A DNA stretch of 64,000 bases from Botryllus schlosseri (taxonomy: Eukaryota): positions 15,192,001 to 15,256,000 of the forward strand of contig CM119372.1 in assembly GCA_051294905.1 (NCBI GenBank). The letters run 5' to 3'. The translations under genes and the position numbers were made by a program. The notes under the pieces are model-generated. The model did no database searches, had not been told where the DNA came from, and saw only the letters and a list, made by a program, of their open reading frames with translations. Position 1 is the stretch's first letter; every line of letters begins with the position of its first letter. Below, piece after piece: positions 50,834 to 63,533 of the stretch.

Positions 50834-52152
50834 CAGTGGTTCCCAACCTTTTTGTCTTCATTCCCCACTTCAGATTTATTCCGAACCTTCATTCCCCACC
50901 AGGACCGTAACACCATTTTGTCATCCCCGCCAAAAAAAACGTTGGTCTTGGGCCCCAGAACCCCCTCAGCCCCGCTGAGCCTGTACGCTTTTTCCCTGCA
51001 ACTTCTCAGTTACATTGGATCTACTGTTTAGTGCGTCGCCTTATTGCGACTAAACGCGCGAAGCGGGAAAAATTTATATAATTCTTGTTTGAATCGGCCA
51101 ATATGATCGCGAATTGCATATATCTTGCTGTCAATTTTTTACCCCCTCTCTGTTCACGCAATCAGATTTGCCGGCAGAGTTGAGTGAGGTGTGTTGGAAA
51201 AGGTAGGAACCCTGAATAAGAAGTGATCATCTTCGGGCGGTCCCGTTGGTATATTGACATTATGCTATTTCGTGACCTCCTATCTGCTATATCAAAAGAT
51301 ATGGAAATCGCCAAAACTAAAAAAAAAAAACACACGATTTCGAATTGGTATTGCTTAACTGGCAAATAATTTTTCCCTGCGGGATGGCATTTGTCCTGCG
51401 GGGTTCAGATCGCCAGAACAGGAACATTCGGCGCCAGCCATTTAGCCAATTAAGCATATATGTATATTGTATACATCGAAGTTTTGGGTCACCAGAAGGG
51501 CATTCCGTCTCGGCCAAGGTCTTCTCGTTCTGGCACACTTCTCGGAGTTGCATGTTACATGGCCTATAACTTCATATGCCTTGTTGGGTCGTGGCGCAGT
51601 AATGGCCGACGCAGAAGTCTCCATTTCTATAAACCCTACGTATTTTCGTGGGGGTAGGGTACCCAATAATCAGATATTCGGCTATATTAAATCGCTGGGG
51701 GTTGGGGTGCGGCAGTTACGGTCCTGTTCCCCACTACCCAGCACTTTGTCATCACCGAACAGCTATTTGGTGGTTTGACTACACAAGAAACACAACCACA
51801 CCAGTACGCAAGACAATCGCCTATAACTGCATCATAAAACGTATTGTGAACCGATACCAGTTACGCTCAAAATTTCGCGAAAGCGTTGTCTTACGTCACA
51901 CTAGTCGTGCTGGGTGCGTTTGTGACGCCATCATCGGCCATCCAGAGTTAAAAATGAGGTTTTGTGAACACACGCAATATTATTTTCAATGCATACATTC
52001 CAGAGCATTTAACTGGTTATGGTAATTGCGCATGTGTCTCCGTGAATATGTAGACTGTCCTCTATATAATTTTGAACAAATGCGTCTATTCCCCACCAGA
52101 AACCATTGAATTCCCCACCAGTGGGGAATTCCCCACCATTTGGGAACCACTG
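50834..52152. mobile_element. Charlie-like element with ATTCCCCAC repeats (ends related to 35773-36661, inverted)
   Basis: TIRs CAGTGGTTCCCAA / TTGGGAACCACTG; TSD CTCTAGCA (50826-50833, 52153-52160). Confidence 0.9.
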
Positions 52153-52275
52153 CTCTAGCAGCTAGTGACACCCTGTCGTTGCTTATCACATCCATCCTCA
52201 ACCACACAAAAGTAATTTACGTAGCTATTGTGTATTATAGCAATCGATGGTTTAAATGTAATGGGAACGCGATTG

Positions 52276-53516
52276 CAGATGTGGTCAAAGTAGTCAAGGA
52301 CGCTACTCAAGTAGAAGTAGAAGTAACGACGACTCAAAATTCTACTTATATACGAGTAGAAGTAGTACTTTTGAAATCAATCTAAAACTACTTGAAGTAG
52401 AAGTAGAATTTACTCACTTCAAAATGTACTCAAGTAAGTAAGTAGTTGTGATAACGATCTTAATTCGTTCACATATGGACTGTCAAAAGCTGCAAATTGA
52501 TCTATACGGAAGGGATAGAGATCCTGAGTTAAATTGATGCATCCGGAGCCTACGACATTCATAGGCCCCGATGCATCTCATGAGGTGTCAATTCCCGAGA
52601 GAATTAGAATTCATTCACATCATGGAATGTAAATGATAGTATTAATATGGAAATGCGATATTAATCCTTTGTTCCCCCGAACCCATCATTTTCGAAAATG
52701 TCATGGCATGGCGCCCACCCTTCATCTTAAAAGCCGTAGTTTAGTCGCAGTGCAATACAGAGAAGTTCAATCGGATACGATGCACGATTAGCATATGTTA
52801 ATAAAAAATATGGTGGATCGTAAAAATGGCATATTGTGTATCTTTAATTCCGAAAAATAGAGGCATAACTACACTTGCTTTCAAACTTCAACACGTATGA
52901 TCTCCAGAGAAAAATAAAGAATTGAAATTATTTAGAACTCAAAGTATGATACTGAGAATTGATAGAGAAATACAAATACTTCTTCTCGAGAGCGGAAATA
53001 ATGTTTCATGTATTTTGTCCAGAAAGTTTCAACCTCGGTCTGCTAAAGCAGGTCTAACTCTCAAAAAGTCAGAGTCTACTTTTCCAGAGTAGAACACGCC
53101 ATGGGCTGCTAGATTACGATATGATAGGTAATTGCTAGTTTGCGAAATGGTAGTTTCAAACGTTACAACGGGCCATATTTACTGTGATTTCATACGGGCG
53201 AAAATGAGTTGTGAACGGAACCACTTAACCCGCTACCTAAATTATATTTACCGACACTTTCATGAAAACATATATCTGTCACTCCTGTCTACTGTGCGCG
53301 AAGCGTGACGAAAATTCTGGGCTTTACTTAACTTATATAAAATTTCCACGTTGGTACTCCGTGAAAACAGCCACGAAATTCTTCAGACTGAAAGATTAAA
53401 CTACTTATGCATGAAAAACTGAAAATAGCGGTAAATAAGTAAGTATGTCACCAAATATTACGAAGTAGAAGTAGCGGAAAACTACTAGAGTACTTCGAAA
53501 AAGTAGAACGCCCCTG
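52276..53516. mobile_element. CAGAGGTGGTCA family, copy 2 (older)
   Basis: Colinear with 14295-15587; TSD CGCGATTG / CGCAATTG (one mismatch); right TIR partly deleted. Confidence 0.85.
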
Positions 53517-53663
53517 CGCAATTGCCTTTATACGAGACAGCACGGGAAACGGCAGACGACCTGAACATTCACTGATTGTAATTTATAACAGTTCGCGGTC
53601 TGTCATCCATTACGTTTTTTCTGCGCTACGTTGATGTCAATAATCTTGTTTCTTGTATAACAG

Positions 53664-56523
53664 TGTCAGACCGAATGAAGAAACAAGAAGTAATTTCCGA
53701 ATCCATATGTTCGCAATTGGAAAATGTAGATTTCGTCACGCCGATTCGCATGGAACTATATGCTACGATTTATGAATCAAACAACGATGATATGATGAAA
53801 AATCTGTCCATGATCAATGTTTCGGAAATCTCTTTAAATCGTCACGAAGCTCAAATAGTTGGGTCACTGATTGCGGGTAGTAGAGATCTTAAATCTTTAA
53901 ACTTGAGCTTCTGCAGTATCGACGATGACATCTTAAAAATCATCACGAAACGTATGAAGGATCGAATTCAGGTATGGTTTGACATACAGCCTTGGTCGAT
54001 TTGATGTTTTTATGATTAGAAGTCGTTTGAAGTTTATCTCAAGCTGTTATTTTACGAATCTATATCAAAAACTAAATCGACATACCTTTCATGTAAAATT
54101 AGATTAAGATTTTCTGTTGACAGTTGGGTGAATGCAAACCTATGACGTCACATGTTTACAGCGCTACGATCTTCGTAGCGTGTGGATAAAACCCCAGATA
54201 CCTTCCTTCCTTCCTACCTTCTGTAGAGATGTCGTCAATCCTAATATGAGGCAAAGTATCTTTCCGCCTGTCTTGATAGATATGTAACGCACAAAGATCC
54301 ACGATCTGCTTGCGGAATAGGCTATATATAGTTTCTTCATGCAGCATAAAGCTTATCATGTAAATCTACTCTTTACATGTTTTTGCCATATTCTATAGAT
54401 ATAGTGTGACATCATTCTTTTACAGGTTCACCATGTGGAATTGCAAGGGAATAGCTTCTCGGCAGAAGCGCTAGGCTTGTTTCTCGGACTTCGTCGGACC
54501 GAATCGCGATATCTTGACTGGAAAGTGAGTTTGATGAATTAGTGATAAATTTAGTAAGTAGCAATGTGAATGACTAAATGGATAAAAAGGGTTCGGGTTC
54601 GCCAGCATTTTTTTGCTCCTATGCTACGATGATCTACTGATCTTTTCATCCAGGTAGTTCGATCAACACGACCTCTGCCGATATCCACTTTTACACTTGG
54701 TCTATTCATGTCTCGACATATCAAATTTACAAATGAAGAAGGCATTATTGTGGTGCGCGATGACGAAATTTTTTTCAAAGGGCGCTTCAACATGAAGGTG
54801 AGCAATGAACCGTGTCTTTGGCGAATTGAAAACATTTTTACCTCACCATACTCGAAAGTGTCACATTTTACAAACAAAATAAAATTTGGCGGCTGTTGGC
54901 AAATTCATGACGTACCAAGACGTCTGTCAACGTTGCATAAAATTCAAGACTGTCAACATAAGCTATATTGTAATTCTCAACAGGCATATTTAATTCCCAA
55001 TAATTCAATTACAGTGGACTTACAGAACGGTACTCTGTTCATAATTTTAGCTGTTTTATGGCGTCGTTCTCTATTAGGATTATTGGCTTTATGAGGCAAG
55101 TAAAGCATACCTGCTGATATACGTTGTCAGTGCCTCTTGGAAATGATGTCTGTTCATTAGTACTTAGCTCTTTGCAAACGGAGGAAGACTTTTCCAAGTA
55201 ATAATGTCGAGTAATTTATGATATGTTGGCTGAAATATAGTAGCCGTATGATTTTGAGCTACTTGCAGTGAATGTTGAATTGATTAGGCAAGATAAAAAT
55301 AACTCGAATGCGGATTGTCACGTATTAAACATCGCTATCGTTCACAGGAATCCAGATTCGCTTTCGAACAAGTCCATTGGATCTCCCATTTGACGTATTA
55401 TTTAAGACTTTTCGAGCCAGAATATATCGAAATACCCCATCAACTTATGTACGCGACGTCGGACGATTTACTAGAGATATCACAGACAAAGTTGGAAGAG
55501 GTTAGTTGCAGTGAATTGCAGCGCATGGTTGCATATCAAATGAATCATAATCCCCTGTACCCAAAAATTGTACTGTTTAGATGAGCAAACTTTTACTTGA
55601 TTGTCATGATGAGGAAAGTATCAATTGGTTATTGATCGAAGATTCTGTCAAGAAATTCAAGGTCAGACCCCGGATTGCAATACATTTCCATGACTATAAT
55701 TTCAATTCTTGTTAGGTTGCATTCTTGGATATTGTTGTGAAGGGTGGGCGGTCCACTGGAGAATACAACGATATCTTGAAACATTGCGATAAGATCTCCG
55801 ATGTTGGTGTTTGCGTTAGTATTTATTGGATGTTCTGTGCAGGAAATGCGCAGGACGCACAGGGGATACTCGAAGCTTGTCAGTCCCAGAAAGTAGTATT
55901 TACCATGACTGGTATCACATGCATAGTTTGATTGCGTTCTCGCACCCCAGATGGAATCAATCAGATGCGTATTTGACTGGCGATATCGCCCATCAGTGGG
56001 TGATATTATAGCGATCGCAAGCAATGTGCAAGCACTGACGTTGGTATACTTCGACGAAGATCATATGCTTGAAAAAGAGGACCTGAGAAAAGTTCTTGAT
56101 GTTGCAAAAAATCATGGTACTCGGCTGGAATTATTATGCGGTGAGTCCATTTTTTTCTTAAGATGCTATCCTGTTGTTAAGTGCTTGGATCATTGTAGTG
56201 AATGTGCTGAATTTATAACTTAATTTTAAATAGATTTATAGCAATCATATGTAATGATTTATTACCATGTGTATGCTATCTGTTGCGATGCTTTTGCACT
56301 CTGTAGACAATTTATTTTATGAAGCTCGACTACTACTACTGCATGATGGAGTATTAAAATGTTTTATTGGCTGTTACACTGACTGCTTCTCTGGAGTTCA
56401 ATTCAAAACGTGGTATCAGCCATTGCTCTGATGAAGAATATTTTCTATTTTAGAAATATTCGTATTTCAGGTAAACGCGTCGGTCGAGATGCCTGGTGGA
56501 TGCTGGACATGAAACATCTCTGA
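53664..56523 (+). CDS. 3' exons of the NLR-like gene: 53664-53971, 54426-54524, 54654-54797, 55348-55500, 55581-55661, 55716-55892, 55951-56140, 56471-56523 (TGA)
   Basis: Each exon has AG/GT ends and phases that chain in frame from the NACHT exon (1,0,0,0,0,0,0,1). LRR-like LKSLNLSFCSIDDD and VHHVELQGNSFS; the last five exons match 3089-5801. Confidence 0.85.
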
Positions 56524-56808
56524 AGTCGAGACTATCGACTTTGCCTACAAACTTCCACTTTCAAAATTGGAATGGATTTCTGTTAGTTTTAAGTCAATAA
56601 TACCAATTTATTGAGAACATTCATAAAGGCCTGGAGTGATTGTTGAAATTATTTCGATGGCGCGATGTGCCGGATGTACATACATAATGTTCTAAGCAAC
56701 TGAAATCTGCACGTATTCAAGTTACGTTATATCTGATTTTTTCAAGATACAATATCGATTTGATTTCACTTTTGTTAAATGAGCCTTAATTTGTACGCGA
56801 TATAATAG

Positions 56809-57879
56809 CAGTGTTGGGATCAAGTCACTACCTTCGAGTCACGAGTCATCTCGAGTAATTGCACATTTTGACTCGAGTCAAGTCAAGTCCAGTCCATCGA
56901 TTTTCGAAGGTGACTCGAGTCAAGTCAAGTCACTCGATTTTTAGAGGTGACTCGAGTCAAGTCGAGTCAAGTCAAGTCAAGTCACGAGTCAAGTCAAATT
57001 GAATTTTCGAAGTTTGAGTGATGATGCAAAGTCATTACATTTTGCTAACTGGGTGGAAGACAGATTAATTGGCCATTTGTCTTGAATAAAATAACCAATA
57101 TAAAGTTAAATATACATGCATAAAGGCGTTGTATTTCCCACGCACATGTAGAACTGCTAATAAAATACGTGAGTAGCTGTATAGCTACATGCTAGAGTCT
57201 GTTATTATCAGTCTAAATAGAGGATCGAATATGAAGCCTCGAAAAGTTGAAACAAATCGATATGGTACAATACACCATCCATCTACACATCCGTGTGAAT
57301 ATAAACGCATAAACTATGTTCGTTCGATTAAAGTTAAACCAGAGTGTTGGTAAAGGTCAACACTGCGCAATGTAAGCACTAAGTTGTTAAAGAAACAAAG
57401 TTACGTTTCTATTAGATTAGATTAATCTACTACGACAGCGTTAGCTGTGATCGTTTCGTTTGCGGTCAATTTGTTTGTGATGTAACAATCGAGGATCAGT
57501 GAAACGTACAATCAGAATTAGTAGTTGCTCTCATGTGACACCGGCGTATCGCGAACAATCCGAACATACATAAGATATGGTGATTTAATCGACACCGTTT
57601 ACTTGTTGACTTGAAATTAACTCGTAAATTTTGCTCCGAGTCACGGGTCAATCCACATTCCTGAAGCGTCGAGTTAAGTCAAGTCAAGTCATTTTAGCAA
57701 AGTGACTCGACTCAAGTCAAGTCATACGAAAAAGGTGACTCGAGTCTGACTCGAGTCAAGTCATGACTCGAGTCATCCCAACACTGGTATAGAGTAAAAT
57801 AGAGTAGATGTGGTAGAAGAAGTCAAGTCAAGTCAAGTCAAGTCATACGAAAAAGTTGACTCGAGTCATCCCAACACTG
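56809..57879. mobile_element. hAT-type MITE CAGTGTTGGGAT with (CAAGT)n/GACTCGAGTC repeats and two right ends
   Basis: Left TIR 56809; ATCCCAACACTG ends at 57786 and 57879; TSD TATAATAG / TACAATAG fits the outer end. Confidence 0.85.
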
Positions 57880-59506
57880 TACAATAGTATATACTATATT
57901 ACATGCCAAGGATTTGCAGCGTGCAGCCCACCGGTTGAATATTTTGAGGCTCGCGAAGAAGTGTAAATTTTGAATATTGTGTTGCCCACAAAATAGTTTT
58001 CTTATTTTGCTTACTCTGATATTCCAAATGTGAAGTGCCTAGGAACACCGAAATATGATCAATAATTGCTAACTGCTCATGGTACCACTTTTATTTCAAG
58101 ACAATTTGTTCAATAAACCGAGTTTGCCAGCGCTTTACACAATTTCCCTTCGACTATTCACAATTGCTATATGCAGTGTGAGACGAGAGTCGCCGTCATT
58201 ATTACCAACTTTTCATGACGTAGGCCTAATTGACCTTGCTACTGCTAGAAATCCCATGATCCACCCGCGCACCCAGTGCGTTAATGATGGGATTGCATTT
58301 AAAAAAAATTGTTTAATTGTTTTTCGTTTTGTTTATAGCCATGACGTCACGAATCTTTAATTGTGATGTCACTGTGTATTGACATTGGCAAGTGAAAATG
58401 CAGGGTAAATATGGCTCCTTGACGTAAAAGGCTTCGACCCAAGTCTTAAACGGACCCACACTTTCGTTGATCAGGATTACATCGTTATGCAGCATTCGTA
58501 CCGATCATCAATATCTGCGTGCTATAATTGTTGCACTGACGACGATTTCGAGAGTTCCGACCTCTCCAAATCGTATACATCGATTACATAGGGTTAAAAT
58601 CGTCCATAGGATCATACTAAATGTTGCTACAAAAGTATTTCGATAATTATAGTATAAATATGCAACTTTTGAAAAAAATTAGATGGCCTTTTAAAACGCT
58701 GTTTAAAACATGTATTTAATAAAGTGTTTTAAATGCAACCCTATTAATATTGATAGAATGACTGATAACGACATGAGGGTTTTTCACAGTCAATTATCTA
58801 CTTACGCGCAGTATAAAATTAGAAAAACGACTATTTTCTTCTTATCCAGTGAAATATTCAAGGGCCAATACAGTAATTTTTTTTAGGATTATAGAGATCT
58901 TCTGAACGAGAGCCAATCTGGCGAAACTAATGTGATATTCGTCATCGGCAACCTCGAAAACCCCAGAAACGGCTCTAAGATGTTCTGGGAAAAATATCAT
59001 TTTGTTGACCAGTGTAATCTATGAACTTATGCAGATATCAAAGGGAAATTTTTTTGCCGACTGAATGCAAACATTTATTTCGACTGCACTATATTATATA
59101 GCTACGCCGCGAGTGTGCCATCATTTTGACCAATGTGTCAAATATCAATAAATTAACGTGACCTGGTGCAAAATATTTACTTGTCATAAAGCAGTGTGTC
59201 AAGCCTAAAAATTGTACTTTTTCACAACGGAAATACATATTCTCTTGTATCAATTGGTCATTCTACCAAGATTAAAGAGGACTATAAAGCTATAAAATAT
59301 GTCTTTGAAAAGCTTGACTACAATACTCATATGCGTCTCATTTCCTTTGACTAGTCAATGGATAATTTTCCACTGAGTCAGCAAAGTGGGTATATGACTC
59401 GAGTTGAGTCGGGTAAAACGTTAAAATTAGAGAAGGACTTGCTACTCGGAACGATGACTTGGTAATCCTACGGACGCAACAATCTATGAAACTGTTATGG
59501 GGTATG

Positions 59507-60634
59507 CAGTGCTTTTCAACCTTTTTGAGCTCCATTCGCACTTTTTTTTGTAAAATAAATTTCATTCGCACTAACTAATCGAAAATTGTTATGCAAAAGA
59601 AGATAAAGATAGTTTACAACATTGTGTTCAGATGTGCAACAAATTGGCTACTATTTAGCTTAAGCTATCGAATGTCTCATTAAAAAGCAGTGTTGGGATG
59701 ACTCAAGTCACCTTTTTCGTATGACTTGACTTGACTCGAGTCACTTTGCTAAAATGACTTGACTCATCTTGACTCGGCGTATCATAAATGTAGATTGACT
59801 CGTGACTCGAAGCAAAATTCACGAGTCAATTTCAATGTCATCAAGTAATCGGTGTCGACCAATCATTCAATGATCGTGCGTTTTACTCAGCCTCCATTGT
59901 TCTCTCAGAAATAAATTGACCACAGACGACGTGATCGAAGTTTACAGTCAACATTGTCCTAAACTAGTAGGCCTAGTAAATTAATTTAATAACAAAATAA
60001 ATATTTCTGTTCTGTGTTCTTACCTTAACCAAACCTCTGTTTTATTGAAATCGAATATAGTTTATATAATCCTCAACCATAGGCGCAGACTTGAATTGTA
60101 TCATATCAATATGCGTAAATGGATTAAATGGTTATAAATTCGTTTCTCTATTCTCTATTTTGGCAGGTAAACTGAGGCTATGCCATTACTTTCGTAGTGT
60201 AACAGTTCTACGTATATGTGAGCGATACAGCGCCTTCTTGCGTGTATATTCAACTCTATATTCGTTCATCGGTTCAGAATCAATGACCAGTGACCACTCA
60301 ATCAGACAGCTAGAAAAATGCAATGACGTGATCATGCCTCATACTTCGAAAAGACAACTTGACTTGAATTGTGACTTGACTCGTGACTTGACTTGACTTG
60401 ACTCAAGTCACTTTCGAAAATCGATTGACTTGACTTAACTCGAGTCAAAATGTGCAATGAATCGAAATGACTCGTGACTCGAGGGTAGTGACTTGATCCC
60501 AACACTGTTAAAAAGGCAACATTTGTCGCTCGTTTTGCTTTCAGCTATTTCACTAAAACGCTTCTCGGCTAAACAATGTGGTTGGGTTTTTTTACAAGAA
60601 CGTCTACTAGTGCTTGGATGGCCAGGTCTTAAAA
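59507..60634. mobile_element. CAGTGCTTTTCAACC family copy C, interrupted by a MITE and cut off by the LINE
   Basis: Colinear with 18831-19136 up to GGTCTTAAAA, then unrelated sequence. Confidence 0.85.
59688..60507. mobile_element. CAGTGTTGGGAT MITE, inverted copy
   Basis: 12-bp TIRs; TSD TTAAAAAG (59680-59687, 60508-60515). Confidence 0.92.
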
Positions 60635-60831
60635 CCGTCGTCCAGTACGGAGGTCTCTCGTGAAAGAGTAATTATCGCTAGTCTTCGTTTGCCTCATTAG
60701 GTATCGATACTCCGCGAGGTTAGGTCTTTACGTAGTGTATATGCAGACGTGTCTTTAGGAATCTTTGTCAGGTAGTAAGTAGAGTGTATACCCTCACTGC
60801 CTTAAAAAGGGTAGGTGATGGAGGGTATAAC

Positions 60832-62087
60832 CAGAGGTGGTCAGTAACGAAGTACTTCTACTTTTTCGAAGTACTCAAGTAGTTTTACTCTACTTCTGGT
60901 ACTTACTCAAGTAGATCTGATTTTTGCTACTTCTACTTCTACTTCATAATATTTTGTAATCTACTTACTTACTTTTCGTCATTTTCAGTTTGTCAAGTAG
61001 AAGTAGTTCAATCTTCCAATCAGGAAGATAGCCTGAGGAATTTCGGAGCTGTTTTCACGTAGTATCAACATTTAATTTTCATAAAAGTTTAGCAAAGCCC
61101 AGAATTTTCGTCGCGCCTCGCGCGCAGTGAATACGGCGTTACCGGTATGATTTCACGAAAGAATCGATGAATATAATTTAGGTAGCGGGTTGGCGCGGTT
61201 CCGTTCACACAGGGATAGTTCACACCACATTGTCGCACTTCGCCCATATGAAATAATTCATCGCAGTATATATGGCTCATCATAACGTTTGAAACTGATG
61301 TTTCGCAATCTAGCATTTATATTTGTCATATCGTAATCTAGCAGTCCATGGTGTTAGAGATGTTTTAGCATACCACCTTTGAAACTTTCTGGACTAAAGG
61401 CATGAAAACGTGTTCCACTTTTAGAACTAGTATTTATGTTTCATTTTCAATCCCCAGTATCATATACTTTGAGATATAATTAATATCAGTTCTTTTGTCT
61501 GGATAACATACATGTTGAAGTATGAAAGCAAGTGTAGTAATGCCTTGAATTTCCGGAAATAAAGCTACACAATATGGCATATTTACGGTCCACCATATTT
61601 TTTATTAACGTTTACTTATCGCGCAAAGTGTTTACACCGTATCCTATACGACTTCTCCGTATTGCTATTCGACTAAACTACGGACCATATAATATGGGGG
61701 ATGGCGCCATACCATGTTATTTTCTAAAACGTGCTGTTCGAGAAAACAGGATAAGTATCGCATTTCCGTATCAATCCCATCATTTTCATCCCATGATGTG
61801 GACGAATACTTATGCTATCTAAAATTGAATACCTGCTGGTATGCAACATTAAGAATCAAGCTCGTCACCTTTCGCATAGCTCAATTTGCACCTTTATCCA
61901 TGTGAACAAATTAGGATCGTTTCACAACTACTTACTTACTTGAGTACTTTTAAAGTCAGTCAATTCTACTTCTACTCCAAGTAGTTTTAGGTTGCTTATG
62001 GAAGAAGTACTTCTACTCGTACTTGAGTAGATTTTTTCGTCGCTACTTCTACTTGAGTAGCTTTCTTGACTACTTTGACCACCTCTG
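60832..62087. mobile_element. CAGAGGTGGTCA family, copy 3 (inverted), inserted in the LINE 5' region
   Basis: 12-bp TIRs; TSD GGTATAAC (60824-60831, 62088-62095). Confidence 0.92.
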
Positions 62088-62114
62088 GGTATAACCTCTA
62101 ATGTCAAACGTAGA

Positions 62115-63533
62115 ATGGAAGATCCAGATAGCGACGAGGGAGCTGTTGGATCTTGCGGGAATACCAAGATTCCTGCCAGGAAATTCGCGATCGTAGATAA
62201 TCCCAACGCTACGACGACTTCTCAGCCATCGTCTAGTCAAAACGTTGATAGCTCTTCACCGAGCATTATACCGAGTGCATCATTGGCAACAACGGTGTCA
62301 AGTGGGGGATCCGCATTCGTGACGGATCCCGTCAGTAGTATGACCGTTATAATTTCGAGCAGAGATAGGGTGATGACACGATATCACCCTGGGAAAGTTA
62401 ACAGAGCTCTATACGCTATCATCGACAGCTATGCTGGTATCAAGCCACTCCCTTCGGGAGATCTTCTCCTTACGTGTCATAACCACAAGCAAGTGACTAT
62501 GTTAGAATGCGTTTCATTATGTGACACGACCACAAATACTAAAATTGCTATCTCAGTTACACCTCACACCGCACAGAAGCCATACGCCAGTCGCGCAGTC
62601 ATCAAAGGGGTACCCTTAGAAATACCGGAGAGTGAGTTGTTAGAAGACCTGCCTGCCAGTAGTGTTTCGCACCTCAAACGCCTGAAACGGAGGGCAGAGA
62701 AAGGGTTTGAGCCAAGCCTGTCCGTCTTGCTATACTTTAGTTCAACAGAGGTACCCAACTACGTCACGTTCGGTTACCTACGCTTCCGCACGAGCACTTA
62801 CAATCCACCGCCCACTCGCTGCTCCAGATGTAACAAATTCGGCCACACCTCTAAATCTTGCCGCGGAAAACCGAGCTGCACAAAATGGGGCGCCATGGAC
62901 CATGCATACAATGAATGCCAAAATAACAGAAAATGCATCAATTGCAATGAAAATCATAGTGCCGCTTATGGCGGGTGCCCCGTCTATAAAGAGGCAAAAG
63001 TCCAAATTGTCAAAGAGAGGGCAAACCTCTCCTTCCCTGAGGCGAGGCATCAAGTACGTACACAGGATATCGTATCGGACTCTTCGACAACGCCGCAGGA
63101 TTCCATTTCTGCTTCGTCGACAATGCCAAAAGAGTCACACGCACATAAAGTCACCGCCAAAAGCAAATCATTGAAAGTCAGAAATCCCCTAAACAGAAAT
63201 ATACCAACCGCGCCATCACCCAATAACGGGGACTTGAGAGAACTACAGAGAAATCAATCACAACAATCTGCGTTACGAAACCCCACCGCAACACAGACTG
63301 ATGATACCACAGGCAACACGACAGTTCACTTGAAACAATTAGAACCGATGCAACTGCTGGTGATGGTAGCAGAAATCGTCCAGGTTACGATTTCAGCTTG
63401 CCAAACTGGCAACGGAAACATATTTAACATCGTCGCAGAAGCGTTTGGAAATTACTGGAAAGCATATCGACTCGACCTTGTTGCAGAAAATGTCGAAAAA
63501 CGCAAACAATCAAAATTCGGAGGTACGAAATGA
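62115..63533 (+). CDS. LINE ORF1 (gag-like nucleic-acid-binding protein)
   Basis: RRM-like VIKGVPLEIPESELLEDL; knuckles CSRCNKFGHTSKSC, CTKWGAMDH..EC (C>W), CINCNENHSA..GCP. Confidence 0.92.
   Translation: MEDPDSDEGAVGSCGNTKIPARKFAIVDNPNATTTSQPSSSQNVDSSSPSIIPSASLATTVSSGGSAFVTDPVSSMTVIISSRDRVMTRYHPGKVNRALYAIIDSYAGIKPLPSGDLLLTCHNHKQVTMLECVSLCDTTTNTKIAISVTPHTAQKPYASRAVIKGVPLEIPESELLEDLPASSVSHLKRLKRRAEKGFEPSLSVLLYFSSTEVPNYVTFGYLRFRTSTYNPPPTRCSRCNKFGHTSKSCRGKPSCTKWGAMDHAYNECQNNRKCINCNENHSAAYGGCPVYKEAKVQIVKERANLSFPEARHQVRTQDIVSDSSTTPQDSISASSTMPKESHAHKVTAKSKSLKVRNPLNRNIPTAPSPNNGDLRELQRNQSQQSALRNPTATQTDDTTGNTTVHLKQLEPMQLLVMVAEIVQVTISACQTGNGNIFNIVAEAFGNYWKAYRLDLVAENVEKRKQSKFGGTK

Noticed and set aside
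56809..60507. GACTCGAGTC/(CAAGT)n arrays as CRISPR-like repeats
   Set aside because: No constant repeat with unique equal-length spacers and no cas genes; they are subterminal motifs of TIR elements with TSDs in eukaryotic DNA.
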